Positions 50,528 through 64,000 of a DNA stretch of 64,000 nt are shown here, one piece after another; positions within the stretch are counted from its first letter, which is position 1, and every line of letters starts with the position of its first letter. Under the pieces are notes generated by a model, which made no database searches, was not told where the DNA came from, and saw only the letters and a program-made list of their open reading frames with translations. A program made the translations under genes and the position numbers. Where the stretch lies: the NCBI GenBank assembly GCA_965153285.1, contig OZ229115.1, one strand, 5' to 3'. Origin of the DNA: Podarcis tiliguerta. Its lineage: Eukaryota.

Positions 50528-50576
50528 ATTATTATTATTATTATTGTTATTATTATTATTATTAATAATAATAATT
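50528..50576. repeat. (ATT)n(AAT)n microsatellite, probably a LINE tail
   Basis: direct reading. Confidence 0.8.
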
Positions 50577-52451
50577 TACCCATGCTTCACCTAAAGGTCT
50601 ACAGAAATTTAAATAAAATGTTAAAAACATTTTCACATAACTTAGCAGTCCTGAGCTTTTCAGTGTACCTCCTCAAGGTAAAGAGAACAAGAATTTCATT
50701 ACCACCACAGATGTAAAGTGCTACGAAATTATTCCAGTTGAGAAAGGATCGTGCAGTCCCCTAATCTGCATGTTGTGAGCCACTACTGAGCTCTTGAGTA
50801 TACCTATAAACTGGCACATCCTCCCCAGATTCAGAAAATCACAAAAAGCTTAACTGAAGTCATTTTAGCGCTTTCTTTTGAGCAGCATTTAATGGCCCAG
50901 CTCTACAGCTGCAGCCAAAAATTAACTTTACAAATGATGAGATCACTCAAAGTAGCACCATAGCTGAAAGATTTCCTATAGCAAAGAAGAAAGCTGCCAT
51001 TTGATACAAACAATTAAGAGTCAAAATTCTATTTTATTACCTGATAATAAAAACTTATGAAGCCATGAACATAAGGACTAGCAGAATAGTGTCTTGCTCT
51101 TCCTTGAAAATAAGCTGTGCGGAAGGGGAATTAATTGAAACTATAGAGCTTTCTCCCTCCAGCTCTACAGATTGCACATGCCCTGGCCATAGCAATCTCA
51201 GTACAAACAATTGACTCATCATGACTCTGTGCAATTTGGATAGAAGCATTAGCACAGGAATAACTGGAGGCTGAAGAGTATACTGTTGGCAGGAAAACCT
51301 AAACAATAGAGAGGGAAGAACATATTTCAGCACATTTACAGGACATGAGAGTTTTGAATAAACTCAAACAATTATCCAAAATCTGTATAACTACAGAAGT
51401 TGGTCATGAATTAGGAAAGATGCAAAATCAGATGCAAGTTTGGGATCCTTATAGCTCATATATCATCATAATTTTGTTTTCTTTTTTTGCCAGAAAATTC
51501 TGACTTTTTACAAAGTTTCTATGAATAATAAGTTTTCTTTGCATCATTTAGATGTGCAATAAGTTTTGTTTGTTACAAGCTTTTTGCATTTTTGGTGTGC
51601 ACCAAATATTGTGTTCACTTTTTGCTATTATAAGTTGTATTCAATATTTCCCTTTAACAGAAATTGTATTCCATATTGTTCGTGCATTACACCACCACTT
51701 TTTGGTATCTAGGTCTTTGCTAGTGTCTGTTATAAGTCAAAGCCACTGCTTCTCAGGTAGGAGTGCACTGAATTTCACCCACAATGATTAGGAGGCAAAA
51801 CAGAAGGCTTCAAATGTGGAAAGTTCACAAAATTACCCAGCAAACATTTCCTCTGTTGCACACTGTTCAAATGCTTCTTATTTCCCTCATTTGCAGACAG
51901 ATAGAAATATGCACACACACTCACAGACTTCTTCCTGACAGAATAAGAGCCAATTAGGAATCACATAGACAACATGGCATCATGTCACTATGCAGTCAAG
52001 TCTGGATATGTGAGATGTCACAAATCTAAATCAAACCTGCCTTCATTTTGAATAGGCTCCGTGATAATGACATCAAGAAGCTATATCAGACTGAAGGCAA
52101 TGCTGTTCTTGCTCTATATGGGACAACATTTTCACATAATTTTGCAACCCTCCCCGCAAATAACTTCAGGGTTGCAGTTTATGTGAAGTTTTTCATGAAA
52201 TACATAAGATCCCCATTTAAGGTTATCCAGGTTTCCCACACTGTTCTTCACTTAGGTAATCATGTTAATCTTCCTTCCTTTCCTCTATCAACTTAAATGT
52301 GATTTGAAGCTAGATTTTTTTATGGCACCTAATTAAGTTATTCATATTTGCAAATGCTTACATATTGGAGCAAAAACATACTGATTGTAATAACTAAGTA
52401 TCTCATTTCAGAAGGGGTGTGATGCAAACAGCAGATTTTTCAGTTAACCGT

Positions 52452-52587
52452 CTGATTAGAAATATAGACTGTTTGGCCCTAATAGAATTGCACTGAATTA
52501 AACAAATGATAACAAAGAACCTGAATTTTGTTTTATTCAATTCTATGCAATTCTGTTAGGGCCAAACAGTCTATATTTCCAGTCCAG
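52452..52587. repeat. Long inverted repeat (hairpin), about 135 bp
   Basis: GATTAGAAATATAGACTGTTTGGCCCTAATAGAATTGCA vs TGCAATTCTGTTAGGGCCAAACAGTCTATATTTCCAGTC: 36 of 39 complementary. Confidence 0.9.
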
Positions 52588-53175
52588 TAAATTCTTTCAA
52601 AAAATTATATCAGATCTTAGTATTAAAGTCCTTCTTTCTATGCTTTTTCCAATTCTTCCTCACACCAGACATCAATGGCCTAGAAGCTTCTTGCAGCCAT
52701 CACTTTTCTTTTGAGTTGACCACTTTAGAATAACTTATGGTCAATGCTCCTGCTATATCAAACGATGTAGTAGTATCAACTATATACAAAATGTTAATTG
52801 AGGTAGAATTTGGCCATCTTATGGTCATAAAAATTCCTCAACAAATGGAACTTCAAATAATAACCTCTAATGAAAAACAGAGAAGGCTTCAGCTTGGGGG
52901 GGGGGATTTTTAAAGCAGTTTTGGTCCAATTAAGGAATGCTCTTTGAAACTCTTACACGTGTGTTATCCTTCCCCTTTGCAAATATTCGATATCATACCA
53001 GGGACAACATCAACCTGTCAGAGAAGATGTGGGGAGACTGCATGTTACATACATAGCAGATTGCATGAAATAATCTAATAAAATAGCATGTGAGAAATAG
53101 GGGGAGGAAATCAATGAAAACAAAACGCATTAAGCGATACAGCAATTGACAAGATCTGGGTATGTGAATATAATG

Positions 53176-53215
53176 TAAGATTACCAGATTTTTTTTCAAT
53201 GAATCCGGGGACACT

Positions 53216-53246
<31 letters not shown>

Positions 53247-54658
53247 GTGTGTGTGTGTGTGTGTGTGTGTATAAAAAGTTATTTTAAAAAATTAAGAAGA
53301 AATATCTTCTCTTCTGTGGTCTCCTCTGTTGTGAGGCCTTCCTCTGAGTCCCAGCCTGCTTTCTTGGAGCACTAGCCATGCTTCCACTCCCTCCCTCTCA
53401 CTCCTTGCACTGCGATCCCCTAAAGGCTTACTCTGGAGTCAACGTTAGCAGAAACCCCTTCCTCCTCCTACTGCCCCGCCCGCCTGTGGGTGTCTCCTGC
53501 GCAGGCATCAGCAAAGTTTGAGAATATGACTGTGGGATGATCACAGAATCACAGATTTGGAAAGGACCTTTGAGGGGCATCTAGGCCAACCCCCTGCAAT
53601 GGAGGTACCCCAACAAGAGCAGCCACAACTTAAAAGAACATAAGGCTTCCCTGCTCCATTTACACCTATTGTGACACAGAAGGTACCCCCCCAAGCCCCA
53701 TCCCACCAATCTCTCCCTTTTTATCAAAGGGAAGGGGAGGGAGGCAAGCAAGCAGAGGTAGCCGCTTTTAAAAAAAATTAAAGGTTCCTTTTAATTTTTT
53801 TAAGGTTCATTTTATAATAAGAAGGGAACAGGAAAGCTGTTTAGGGGGAACCAACATAAACACCCCCAAAATAAAAAATGAAGCAGCAGCACATAATGAT
53901 GTATAGGGTTGGGGAACCAAATGTGTGAAAAGACAAAGGGAGAATTGGGAAGAGTTTATGGGTAAGGAGGAAAAAATGGGGAGACAGACAATAACACAGA
54001 GAGGAGGGAGGGAGGGAAGGCAGTCCAATGTAGCTCACAAACATGCAGAATGGAGCAAAAGAGGCAAGACAATTCTCCACCACCACCCTTCACTTTGAAG
54101 CAACAGCCTCTGTCTGGGAGAGCGAAGGGAAGGCTCAAGGCAGCATTCTGCTTTCTGCCGGCTTGGTAGCTCAGCTCACAAGCCGGCAGAATGCAGCAAA
54201 GGGGGCTTTAAAGGCATGAAAAAATGCTCCTTCTTCCTCATGAGCAAGCAAGAGAGACAGGGTAGTTTGCAGAGATGTCATGCAGGCAGGCTTCTTCCCT
54301 GCACCTCAGCTCTGCCGGTCCGAAGAGCAGCCTTGCCTCTCTGGCTCAAGCAAGCAAGCAGGAGGAGCAGGACTGTTTGCAGAGCTTGAGGATAGGGAGG
54401 TTTCTTTTCACGAGTCAGCTGATAGGTGGGAGAGTTGCAGCAAAGCCCAGCTGCACCTCTGGCTCCCAGGGAGACCCTCTTTGGAGCTTTAGCGGATGAT
54501 TGCTTCGGGCTCTGGGGAGGGTCTGGAAGTCCCCAGGCATATGATTAATCTGGGGACATTGCAGTAAATCTGGGGACATTCCGGGGATGGATTTTGTCTG
54601 GGGACAGATTGATAAATCCGGGGCTGTCCCCGGGAACCGGGGACATCTGGTAACCATA
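53176..54658. mobile_element. Non-autonomous hAT (Blackjack-like) transposon, 1483 bp
   Basis: TIRs TAAGATTACCAGAT / ATCTGGTAACCATA; perfect TSD ATATAATG (53168-53175, 54659-54666); subterminal GGGGACA repeats. Confidence 0.9.
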
Positions 54659-55194
54659 ATATAATGTAGCTTTATAATATGTGTCTGCAAAAAAAACCCC
54701 ACTTCAGCCCTTAGCTGGCACTTCTGTGTGGGAAGCCATGGAATAATTCTACTTTCATCCAGGCTTTGTTGAACTGCCATCAGGTGCATCACAACCAGTG
54801 AGACAATCACTACATGATTATTTTTCTTGAATTATAATTACATTCTTACTAAAACCATGCACCAACCATAACTATCACTGAATATGATAGCAATTAATCC
54901 AATCTAGTCAATTTACTTCAGTGGTACTTACATAGATCCTTTATTTCAACCTGCAAATCTGCAAAAATATTTTAGATACTACTGCATGGCAACGAAAGTA
55001 GAAAAAAGTGTTGAAACGGCTGTATCAATTTGCTTGATAATTAATATCATTTTCAATGTTTAATTAACTGGGGGAATTATCAGAGGACATATGATGATTA
55101 TAACACTAATTCAAACAGAAGTTGCAGAATTTAACCCCGTTATACTGCATGTGCAGTAAAATATACTGTAGGGAGACTCTCATGTGGTTATGTC

Positions 55195-55500
55195 ATAAAG
55201 TTCCATGATTTTACATTTCAATTTCCTTTTTCCCAATCCCCTCATTTTTGTGAAACTTTCTGTTTTGAAGTGAAATGTGACTGCACTGCGGGTTTTTGGT
55301 AGTTGTCTATCTACATATTTATCAAATTTGATAGCACTGTGGTTACTGTTCACAATCAGTTCAACAAGAGGTACATCTCACCCCAGGTCATGGGCACTAC
55401 TTAAGATTAAGTCCAGAATCGCCACCTCTTTGGTTGACTCCAGGACCAACTTTTCTAGGGCACAGACATTTAGGATGTCTAGAAATTTCACCAGGCTATC
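55195..55500 (-). mobile_element. CR1 LINE ORF2 fragment (end of endonuclease and linker)
   Basis: KFLDILN.CALEKLV.E.T...AILDLIL...VE...SDH-like(NSNH)..IKF...F.KMRGL. Confidence 0.78.
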
Positions 55501-58500
55501 TACACAACAAGCAAAATCCATACACAACAACTTATGAGAATCTCCACGGAGTAACTTATGGCATATAGACAACCAGACCTAAGCTCAGAGAGATAAGCAG
55601 GCTACATTCAGAAATGGGCACTGTTATTGCCAAAGTCTCAGAAACAGCTTACATTGAACAACTCGCTGCAGCCTCTAGAATTACACACCTATTTCTACTG
55701 CAAATATCCAATGCAACATCTGCAACTCGTTCAGACACCTTTAAAGATAAACAAGGCATAAAGTGCTAACATCCTGTGCATTAAAAGCCTGCTGAGCATC
55801 CATGTTTGTATATATGTGTAAAATGTGTACTTCATAACCCTGCACTTTGAAGACTGTTCTGGAGCACTTCCCCTTGCAAGGGAGAGGGCAGGCAGTTAGT
55901 TCTATAAAGTATGACTCAGCAATTCAAGCAGAGTTTTAGTAGAGAACAGCAGAAGTTTCAGTACTGACGATATAACTTTAGGTGAAGCCATAAACATGAA
56001 GAGAGACTCATTTGACTGCTCGGAGTCTAAGTGTTGGTATTATTTGAGTACTTAAAAGAAAAAGAAGGACATGAAATTCAAAAATAATATACTAGCTCTC
56101 GGTGACTTCAAATGCAGGTGTCAGCACTCAGAGAATATGAATGAAAACTTAAAACTAGTTCACTGTGTTTTTTAAAAAAGCTGTTCCTCACTAGCATGTG
56201 CTTTTTGCACTCAGGTGATGGTAAAACAATTGGGCAGTCTTGTGAATAAATCTAATGCACAAATCAGGTTTCGTTGCTACTTTCCCAGCAAGTGTAAGTT
56301 TATTTATTTTTTCCCAACAAGACTCCACTGCACTTAAAAGCAGTGACTCGAAACTTACAGACATTGTCATGGGACATTTTTTTTAAAAAAAATCAATTCT
56401 CAGTGATCAGAAAACTTGTCTACTCAATTCCATATGACCTTTTCTGACAATATATGTTACATCCTCCTTAGTCCACTATGGACTTCATGAAGCCAAAGAG
56501 ACCCCCAACAGGGCCAATTACTACAGTCCACAAATGCATTTCAAATAAAAATGTCTTGACTGGTAAATTAATATCCTACTCATTTTGAACCATTTGCTTT
56601 CCAGAAAGGATAGCATACTGCAATATCACTTTACAGAATCATTACTGTTACCCATTTTTACGGTTTTGTACCAAAATCAATAAAATATACTTTTTTAAAG
56701 AATGGTTTAACATTTTATCTGCCCCAAAGACTGCTCGGAAAGCATCTGGTATTTGTTTTCAGACAATTCATTCTTCACGGTGCCTACAACTTATTGATTC
56801 AGAATGGTTGAAAAAACAACAGGAGAAATTTTTTTGGCACACGACTATTTTTAAACGTCTAAAACAACAACTTACTATTGCAGATGGCACAGGAATTGTG
56901 TCACATGATCTGACCACCTGTCAGTTCTTAATCTGACCAGAGGGCACAGTTCTGGCACTATCTTCTATCCCTAGAGGAGAAGTCCCTTGCAGTACCTTTG
57001 TTTCACCTGAGACACAGAAGTAAAAGACTGCAAAATAAGGAGAAGAACCATTAACCTCCCACCCTGGTCCTCCAGGGAAGCACTCCAACTCTTGTCAGCC
57101 TACATAAAGCTTCAGTTCTCTCTAATTTCCAGCTGAGACAACATCTTCTTAGAAGGAGAGCACTTCAATCTGCAGAGCTGTCCAAGGTCCTGATCATGTC
57201 TGTTCTATACTTTGACCTGCCTTTGACTTGCCTTTCCTGGACACTACCCACTTCCTTCATGAGCCTCAAGTGCCTACGGAACTGGAAGGTACTTCACTGA
57301 CATTTAGGAAAACGTGTGATCAAGTTCAAATAGCACATAAGGGCCATTTTAGATGACATTTACAGTCCATTACAGACTGACCAAAAACCAACAAAAAAGG
57401 CTGTGTGAAAACCAAGAATGCCATTAAAAAATATCTGGAGGTACTAAACATTCTCTCCTAGTCTCTGTTACTGTTTCAAAGCCTCTCAAAGAGCTGTGAA
57501 ATACATATTTTTCATTTAAAAAATTATTCAGACCCCCCACACAAATTCTATATATCTTAAAACATGCCCATTTCAGAATTATTTATTTAGTTGGAAGCTT
57601 GCTTGCTTCAGGCACTTTTCTTTGTTTCTTGGGAAGCTTTTTTTTTATTTAAAAAATAATAATAATTCCATGCCTATTGTTTTGAAAACTGTTAGAACCA
57701 AAGGGCTCATTTAATTCCCCACATCCCAAATCAATGTCTATAGTAGCTCTTCTGTCAATAAATTACTATTGTCAGCCACTAAGGGCCTCTTCTCCATTCC
57801 CTGACCTTTCATGGCTCATGTACTTGTAACATTAAGGCATTTTTCTTAATCTTAGCTGCATTTTCCCCATCACGTTTCACTTCAGCTTTGCTTGATATTT
57901 TTCCATTTTTCTATTTAACATTTTTGTATTTAAGGAAGTTTATCACCTTTGATCTGTGCTGACTTATTAGAATCCATGTTTGCTGGTCCTTGATAGCAAC
58001 TTGAAATAAAACCTAAAAGGTGCAATTAAGAACGAAACAGGCATAAATTACAAAACAGGCAAATGACAGCTACATAATGATGGACAAAGAAGACGTATAT
58101 GAAGATTAATGCTATTCATACATTATACAATGAACAATATTGGGACTAATTTTCTATTGTATTAAGTATGGATAAAATACTACCATTCTAATCTATGTCA
58201 CAGGTGTCTGATATGATTTCAGATGCAAGAGACTGAGGAAGAAATTTCAAGAAGGAGGAAAGGTCATATGGTATCCATTTTAAATTGCATTTCTGTCTGG
58301 GGAATGTGACAAGTTTCTCTGGGTTCTTTTTTTCTAACCTCTTCTCTTCCCTTTTTAACTAACACTCAACATTCCATACATCCTGGAAATTCACATGCCC
58401 TTGCAGGACATTTTGCTTCTGTCTGCTTATTAAACAACAACAATATTCAATATTCTGTTGTTTTATAAACTTGCATGGTTCTATGCACCTAAGGGAGTCC

Positions 58501-60716
58501 CCCAAGTATGAAGAAGCCACTACTTTTATTTCTCTTTCTAGTACTAAGAACTCAACTACCTGAATTCACTATTAGAAAGACCAAGCGGGGCATGCAAGAA
58601 AAATGTATTATGACCCTCTTAGCAAGAGTTCTCCTGTCGAGAATAAGCAACATTCCCTTCTCCAGAAAACTGCTATTTATAAGGCCAGTCAACCTCCCTC
58701 CTTCCAGGTTTTCTTTTCCAACTAACATTCAACATTTGAAGCTCAAGTGCCTATACAACTGATTTGGGGGCACTTTACTTTTTATTTGCAAGCTTTCCTG
58801 CTTCTGCATAACTGGTGAGCCCCCTGAGTATACAGAAATCACTACAGGGCCTCATTCTTGCATCCAAGCTGGGATGGGTACTTGACCACCTGAGTTCACT
58901 ATTAATAAATAAAAGTGAGACCTGCAATGAAATGCTGCAATCTATCTTCATCAACTAACACAAGGGCAGTACTAGCCATGCCCTTCTTCAGAATATTCAT
59001 TCCAGTCCCCATCCCACCCGTATCCACTTCTGTTTTCTGGCGCTTAACATTCTGCGGTTATGGAGCATGCCCAGATCTCATTGGACTGTTTGAGGTTTCT
59101 ACGTATTAGAGTGTTCTTAAAAAAAAAGAAAGAGTTGTACTTTGGGATTGATAATGAAGCATGCTGATATCTCCCTCTTGTTCCAGTCCTGTCAGCACTT
59201 GCCACGCATATTCACTATTAGAAGTAAATACGTTATTCAAGTCCATTTCAAAGGTCTGGCTTCTTACAGACATAATCTGTAATGGTTTCTTACAGACTTT
59301 AGATCTCCTCTGTTATTTCACACTCCTTCACTAAAACCATATTGGCAATTGACCATTCTCAAAACACCTGTTAAAATAACCTGTAGAATGATGAAAAATA
59401 TGAATCTGAAGGATAGGCCATTAACAGGCAGGCAACATAAATACTCCTTGGAGTGAATGTCTTGTGGTTCTTGGGATATGGAGTCCTTTAACAGCCTCTC
59501 ACTGAACCAAAACCAATCGTGCAGAAATGAGAAGGGGCAAACTTTCAGCATCCCAACTGGTTGGCATTTCTTGCTTTCTTTTTGATGGATAGGCCCATAA
59601 AGTCTTATAAAATAATGATCTGAGAAATAAAAGAGCCAGCAACCGTATATGGTCAAGTCCCTCTGTAAGCAAACTTGCTTTCAGAGTAGCTTCTCTTTTC
59701 TTTTTTATTCTGGCCTATAGGTATCTGCTTTGATCCTAGTTGTAAACAGGATCCAGTCCTGCTCCTCCTCAATTCCTGCTCTCCTACACTATACCAATTA
59801 CTTCTTTTGACTCTGATCATCCAGCATTAGATTGCATATGATTCCCGACTGCAGATTTGACTCATCTCCTTGAAACCAGCTTTGAACACTCACAATTCTT
59901 CTACACTACAGTCTGATTCTATTTCTGCAAGCTCTAATCTGAACTGTCAAAACTTGACTAAAATGAACTTCCACAGCACATAAGACAATTACAATGAAAG
60001 CGGTGTCTGTGCGCCAGATTAGCATGTAGCAATCTCATTATCCTGATCCCACCCATCAACCACAGAACCAAAATGTCTTTGTCTCTTTCATAAAGAACCC
60101 CATCACTGTTGTGAACCAAAGGACTACTGGATGTTTTGTGGGGGGTTTTAGCAGAAAGCTTTATTTATGCTTTCTGCTCTCCCCTTTAAAAAAATGTAGT
60201 ATAGGAAATATTTTATTTTAGTAAATTTCTTCATGAATTAAAAACAGACACAAAATAAATCCTAAACAACAATATCCCCCCCCACACACACACACCAAAA
60301 GAATGTAATTCCCTTCATGCCTGATTCAGGAGATGAAAAGTGTAAGGCAAAAAAACCCGAGCCTCTTTCTTCACCTCCTTCCAACAATAAGAATAAAAAG
60401 TATGTAAATGGCAGCAGCAGTCTGAACCCATTTATTAGTCCCCATCGCCTTCATTAAGTGTGCATGGCTGTGAAGCTACTGAATCAGGATTAGAGCTAGT
60501 ATCATCACAGCAAAAGGGGGAACTGTTCCTGTTGCTCCACAGAAATAATAACCTGTGCCCAGTCTATATATTTGCCACCTTACAGACTCAGAATAGATCC
60601 AAACTTTCAGCAGTGGCATGTGATACGGTGCATGCGATCTCTATGGGAAGTTATTATAAAGTGCTCTGCTGGAATATCTGGATGGAATCTGCTATCAGAG
60701 TTTACCAAGAAAAGAA

Positions 60717-60732
60717 AATAATGATAATAATG

Positions 60733-60776
<44 letters not shown>
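60717..60776. repeat. (AAT)n microsatellite
   Basis: direct reading. Confidence 0.92.
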
Positions 60777-62216
60777 TCCTCAATAGGTTGCTTACCAACA
60801 ATAAAATGGGGTTACCAAAATTTGGTAGCAAGTACTACACACATCCTCAAAATGTTTTTTGGGGGAAATATCCCATATGGCTGCACTGGTACCCTTTTTT
60901 TATAACTGATTCCATGAAGAAAATAGAGGTATTATTGCAATTCATATGCAAAACAGACATTAAAACCACAATCAGATGTCTTAAAAATATGAAAAAAAGA
61001 GAAATGGATCAATGTCAGAGCAAATGAATTTGAACATGACAGGTCATCACAAGTGTGGTTATCAGTTAAGAAGCTCATCAACCTTCCAATGTTACAGAGA
61101 TAAGAAATTTCATTTAACAAGAGATTACTGATGAGCATGTTAAATTGCAGGGTTGAGGAGAGTTCTTATAAAGTCATTATGATGTATAAAAATAACAAAG
61201 AAAGCAAGATGAAGGTGTAGGTCTGCAGGACTTACTCATTATATTTCCTGACTCTTCACAACCCTAATTTACATTTAATTAATGGAAGAATGGTTCATTA
61301 TTTAAATAAAAGAAGCCCAATTAAATACACCACGCTGCTGCCCATTAGGAGAATATTCATAATGAATAAATAAACCAAAGAAGAAAGCAGAATAATCTGG
61401 AATCATCTATTGCTTCAATACAATGATTGCATATATGAAATCCATAAACCTTCAGCCGCTTCCTCCACATAGCCTTAAGAGCACCATCATTTCTACCCAG
61501 TTGAGAACAAAATTATTCCTCTATGACTGTTAAGACTTTTAGTAAGGTTTCCTTTTCTCCCCTATACACCCTGGTGTAAGCTACTGAAATAAAACTTCCA
61601 ATGCCACGTGGGTCATATTATACAGCTCCGAATTGAATTTGGTGCGGTTTTCAGGCACTTTTTATCAGATCACCTCCCTTACTTCTATTTACTTCCCTCC
61701 ATAAAGACACGAAACTGCATTTGTAATATAGGTTATACTGTACTTGTTTTTTAAAGGGGGGAAGGAGTAAGTAGATTGACCTTTTGATATGCTTATGTTC
61801 CTTAGCGTCAGAGTGGAGGTAAGATTTCACAGAGTTGTGTTCTTCACAAAAACAAATGCTTAGAATGAATTCAAAATGAATACTACAGAGAATCACTTAC
61901 TCTGCCCTAAAATAAGTATAGAATTGCAGCTTTAAAAAAACACCTAAAAACCTAAAATTAGAATTGAATAAATTTTGGTTAGTTAATAACAAAGGTTTTA
62001 GTTTATTATTCTATTAAGTTTGCATATGGGTGAATGCAGAAGGACATCTTTGTTATGTTCTACATTGCATGATAGCAGGTTAATTTTGAATATGAGTAAA
62101 AACAACATTTTTTATCAGAAAGGACCTATTCTTTCTTAGGCTATATAATGCCAGTTCTGGGATCTTTTGATAAAGGGTGGTATATAAATTATATAAATCA
62201 TCATCATCATCTTGGA

Positions 62217-62342
62217 TTGGGATGGGGAACCAGTGACCATCCAGGTGTTATTGGACTCCAGCTACCATCACCCCAGACCATTGGCCTTGCTTACCATGGC
62301 TGAGTTCAACAACATCTACAAGACCACAGGTTGCCCATACCG
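62217..62342. mobile_element. Decayed palindromic hAT MITE
   Basis: GGGATGGGGAACC ... GGTTGCCCATACC ends, with a core like the other MITEs. Confidence 0.55.
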
Positions 62343-64000
62343 ATCTTGCCCATCCTTTATTGGAGAAATGGGAGATTGAATATTTTACAATGGCGCTTTC
62401 CCCTCTTTGTAAGAATTTGCACCACAAATAGATTCAAACTCTACTGCGCCATTAACCAAGAGAACCTTTATAGTTGATTACATGCTTTAATCAATTAATC
62501 TAGCCAATTAATCAGTTAAACATTGCCGCCTAATTACTGTTCACTTTTGGTCAAGTGTAAACACACTTAGGATGAAAGAAACAGTAAAAGCAATTTATAA
62601 GATAACTCAATTAACAGGCAGTTATGGGCTACACTGAAGGTATATCTATCTGATTTCATCCATGATTAGATGGAAAGAACCTTTCTTCAACATTGGCTTT
62701 TAATTAAACATTTAACGATTTCAAATCTTTAATTAAAACATGAGTCTATTATCCATTAAATCTTCACAATCTATGTCTTATCACACTGGAGATGTATTTC
62801 AATACATTGTCCCTGTCTAATTCTCTGCTATTGCAGAAAAAGCAGTATATTTACCCTCTGGCTGGAAAGATATACCACTTGGCTTCCTTGTTTTATTGTC
62901 ATTAATGTAGAATGATTAACAAGAACAGAGGCAGTTTGCAGAAAACATTGGACACACAAGCATAGAACTCAGAGATCAAGACATCTTGAAGAAAGCCAAT
63001 CTTGAAGGAGTGGCAAAGTAATCAGTTTATTATACAGTTGAAAATTTCTGTGTACTGTGTACACCATGTTTCAAAGGAGCAGCATGGGGAAGTTGGCAAG
63101 AGTAAGCATGCGACTAACAACAAATGTAGTGGCTGGTATTAGCACATGGTAATGCTTCTGTCATTGCACCAGCAAATGCAGCACAGGAAAATGAAGAAAA
63201 AGCTATCTGCATTACAATACCAGGTTCTGACTTAGTCCATTCCACTGTGCAAAGAAAATTGCTACACCCTTTATAATGCCAGCAAAGCAAAGGGTGAGCT
63301 TCAAGATTAAAATATTATTCACAGATATAGTCTTGAAAAAGCATAATATTGTTTGTATATAAAATTGCTTTTATAACCCCCTGTTACAGGAATGTATCTA
63401 TACATAACTATTTCCAATTTGTCAGTTATAGCTTCTGTAAACTTGCTACATGTGAGATCATTATATCATTTTTTAAGTAGCAACAAACCATGACTTGTGC
63501 CCATCATTGTTTAGAACCCACACCATGGGTTGAGGTTCCAAACATATGGGAAAAGCATGATTTAAGCAAAAGCAACATGCCTAGATTCCCTTTCCCATCT
63601 TCTCAGTATATCTGTCTCTAGGTGCAATGGCCTCCAGAAACAAATCGATTGCATCAACTATAGTTTGCCAATTCAGACATATCCTGCAAATGTACTTCAA
63701 ACCATGTTTTTTAACCTACTTTCCCAGCCCATTTCAAAACTTTGTTAATAATGGTGTTTGGAGATAAATGCTAATAAAGTATTTCCTTAGTAGTTGCAAA
63801 GAACCAAATTCTCTGGGCAATTATCTAATAGTATTCCAATAGATATGGGAGCACACACGTTGGCAGCAAGCATTGCTAGTGCCAAATATATGGAACCTTA
63901 AGAAATATTTCAAAATGTGCTTCAACTGCAGATGTAAGTGAATTAAGGAACAGCCATGTTATAACTATATATTATTTCCCAATCTGTCATGAAGTGAGTC

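Noticed and set aside
54540-54650. Short spaced GGGGACA repeats resembling an array
   Set aside because: Subterminal repeats of the hAT element, not CRISPR; the DNA is eukaryotic
58500-60050. Possible very old LINE RT remnant (YRP-like motif near 59715, minus strand)
   Set aside because: Too degenerate to delimit or classify by eye
60460-60831. Poly-Ile and poly-Tyr ORFs
   Set aside because: Artefacts of the (AAT)n microsatellite
4726-61896. Remaining 60-135 aa ORFs in the track
   Set aside because: Intronic or TE-derived chance ORFs, many with non-ATG starts and no domain motifs; no endogenous viral protein recognised

Overview
Vertebrate genomic DNA. The repeat content (Sauria SINEs, Bov-B, CR1/L2 remnants, hAT and Tc1/mariner MITEs) indicates a squamate, probably a lacertid lizard (inferred). 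The window appears to lie within the large 5' introns of a minus-strand SLC44 choline-transporter-like gene, most likely SLC44A5. Only one clear 49-nt coding exon is present (11824-11872, GEPRKFDPKFRGPIHNR). Positions 1-4669 are the 3' part of a nearly intact Ty3/Gypsy chromovirus (Sushi-like) LTR retrotransposon, antisense to the host gene. It has the end of gag with a CCHC knuckle, a PEG10-type -1 frameshift (G GGA AAC plus an H-type pseudoknot), PR-RT-RH-IN-chromodomain with one in-frame TGA, a PPT and a 420-bp 3' LTR. The most unusual part is the integrase C-terminus. The chromodomain has lost two of its three aromatic-cage residues. It is followed by an acidic DSEEEEFRGF motif matching the LEDGF-IBD/TFIIS-N-domain binding motif, and the frame stays open for 102 more codons inside the LTR. 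The rest of the window is intronic DNA with solo LTRs, SINEs, LINE fragments, MITEs with visible TSDs, microsatellites and some repeat-free blocks that may be regulatory. No databases were searched; family names come from motif recognition.
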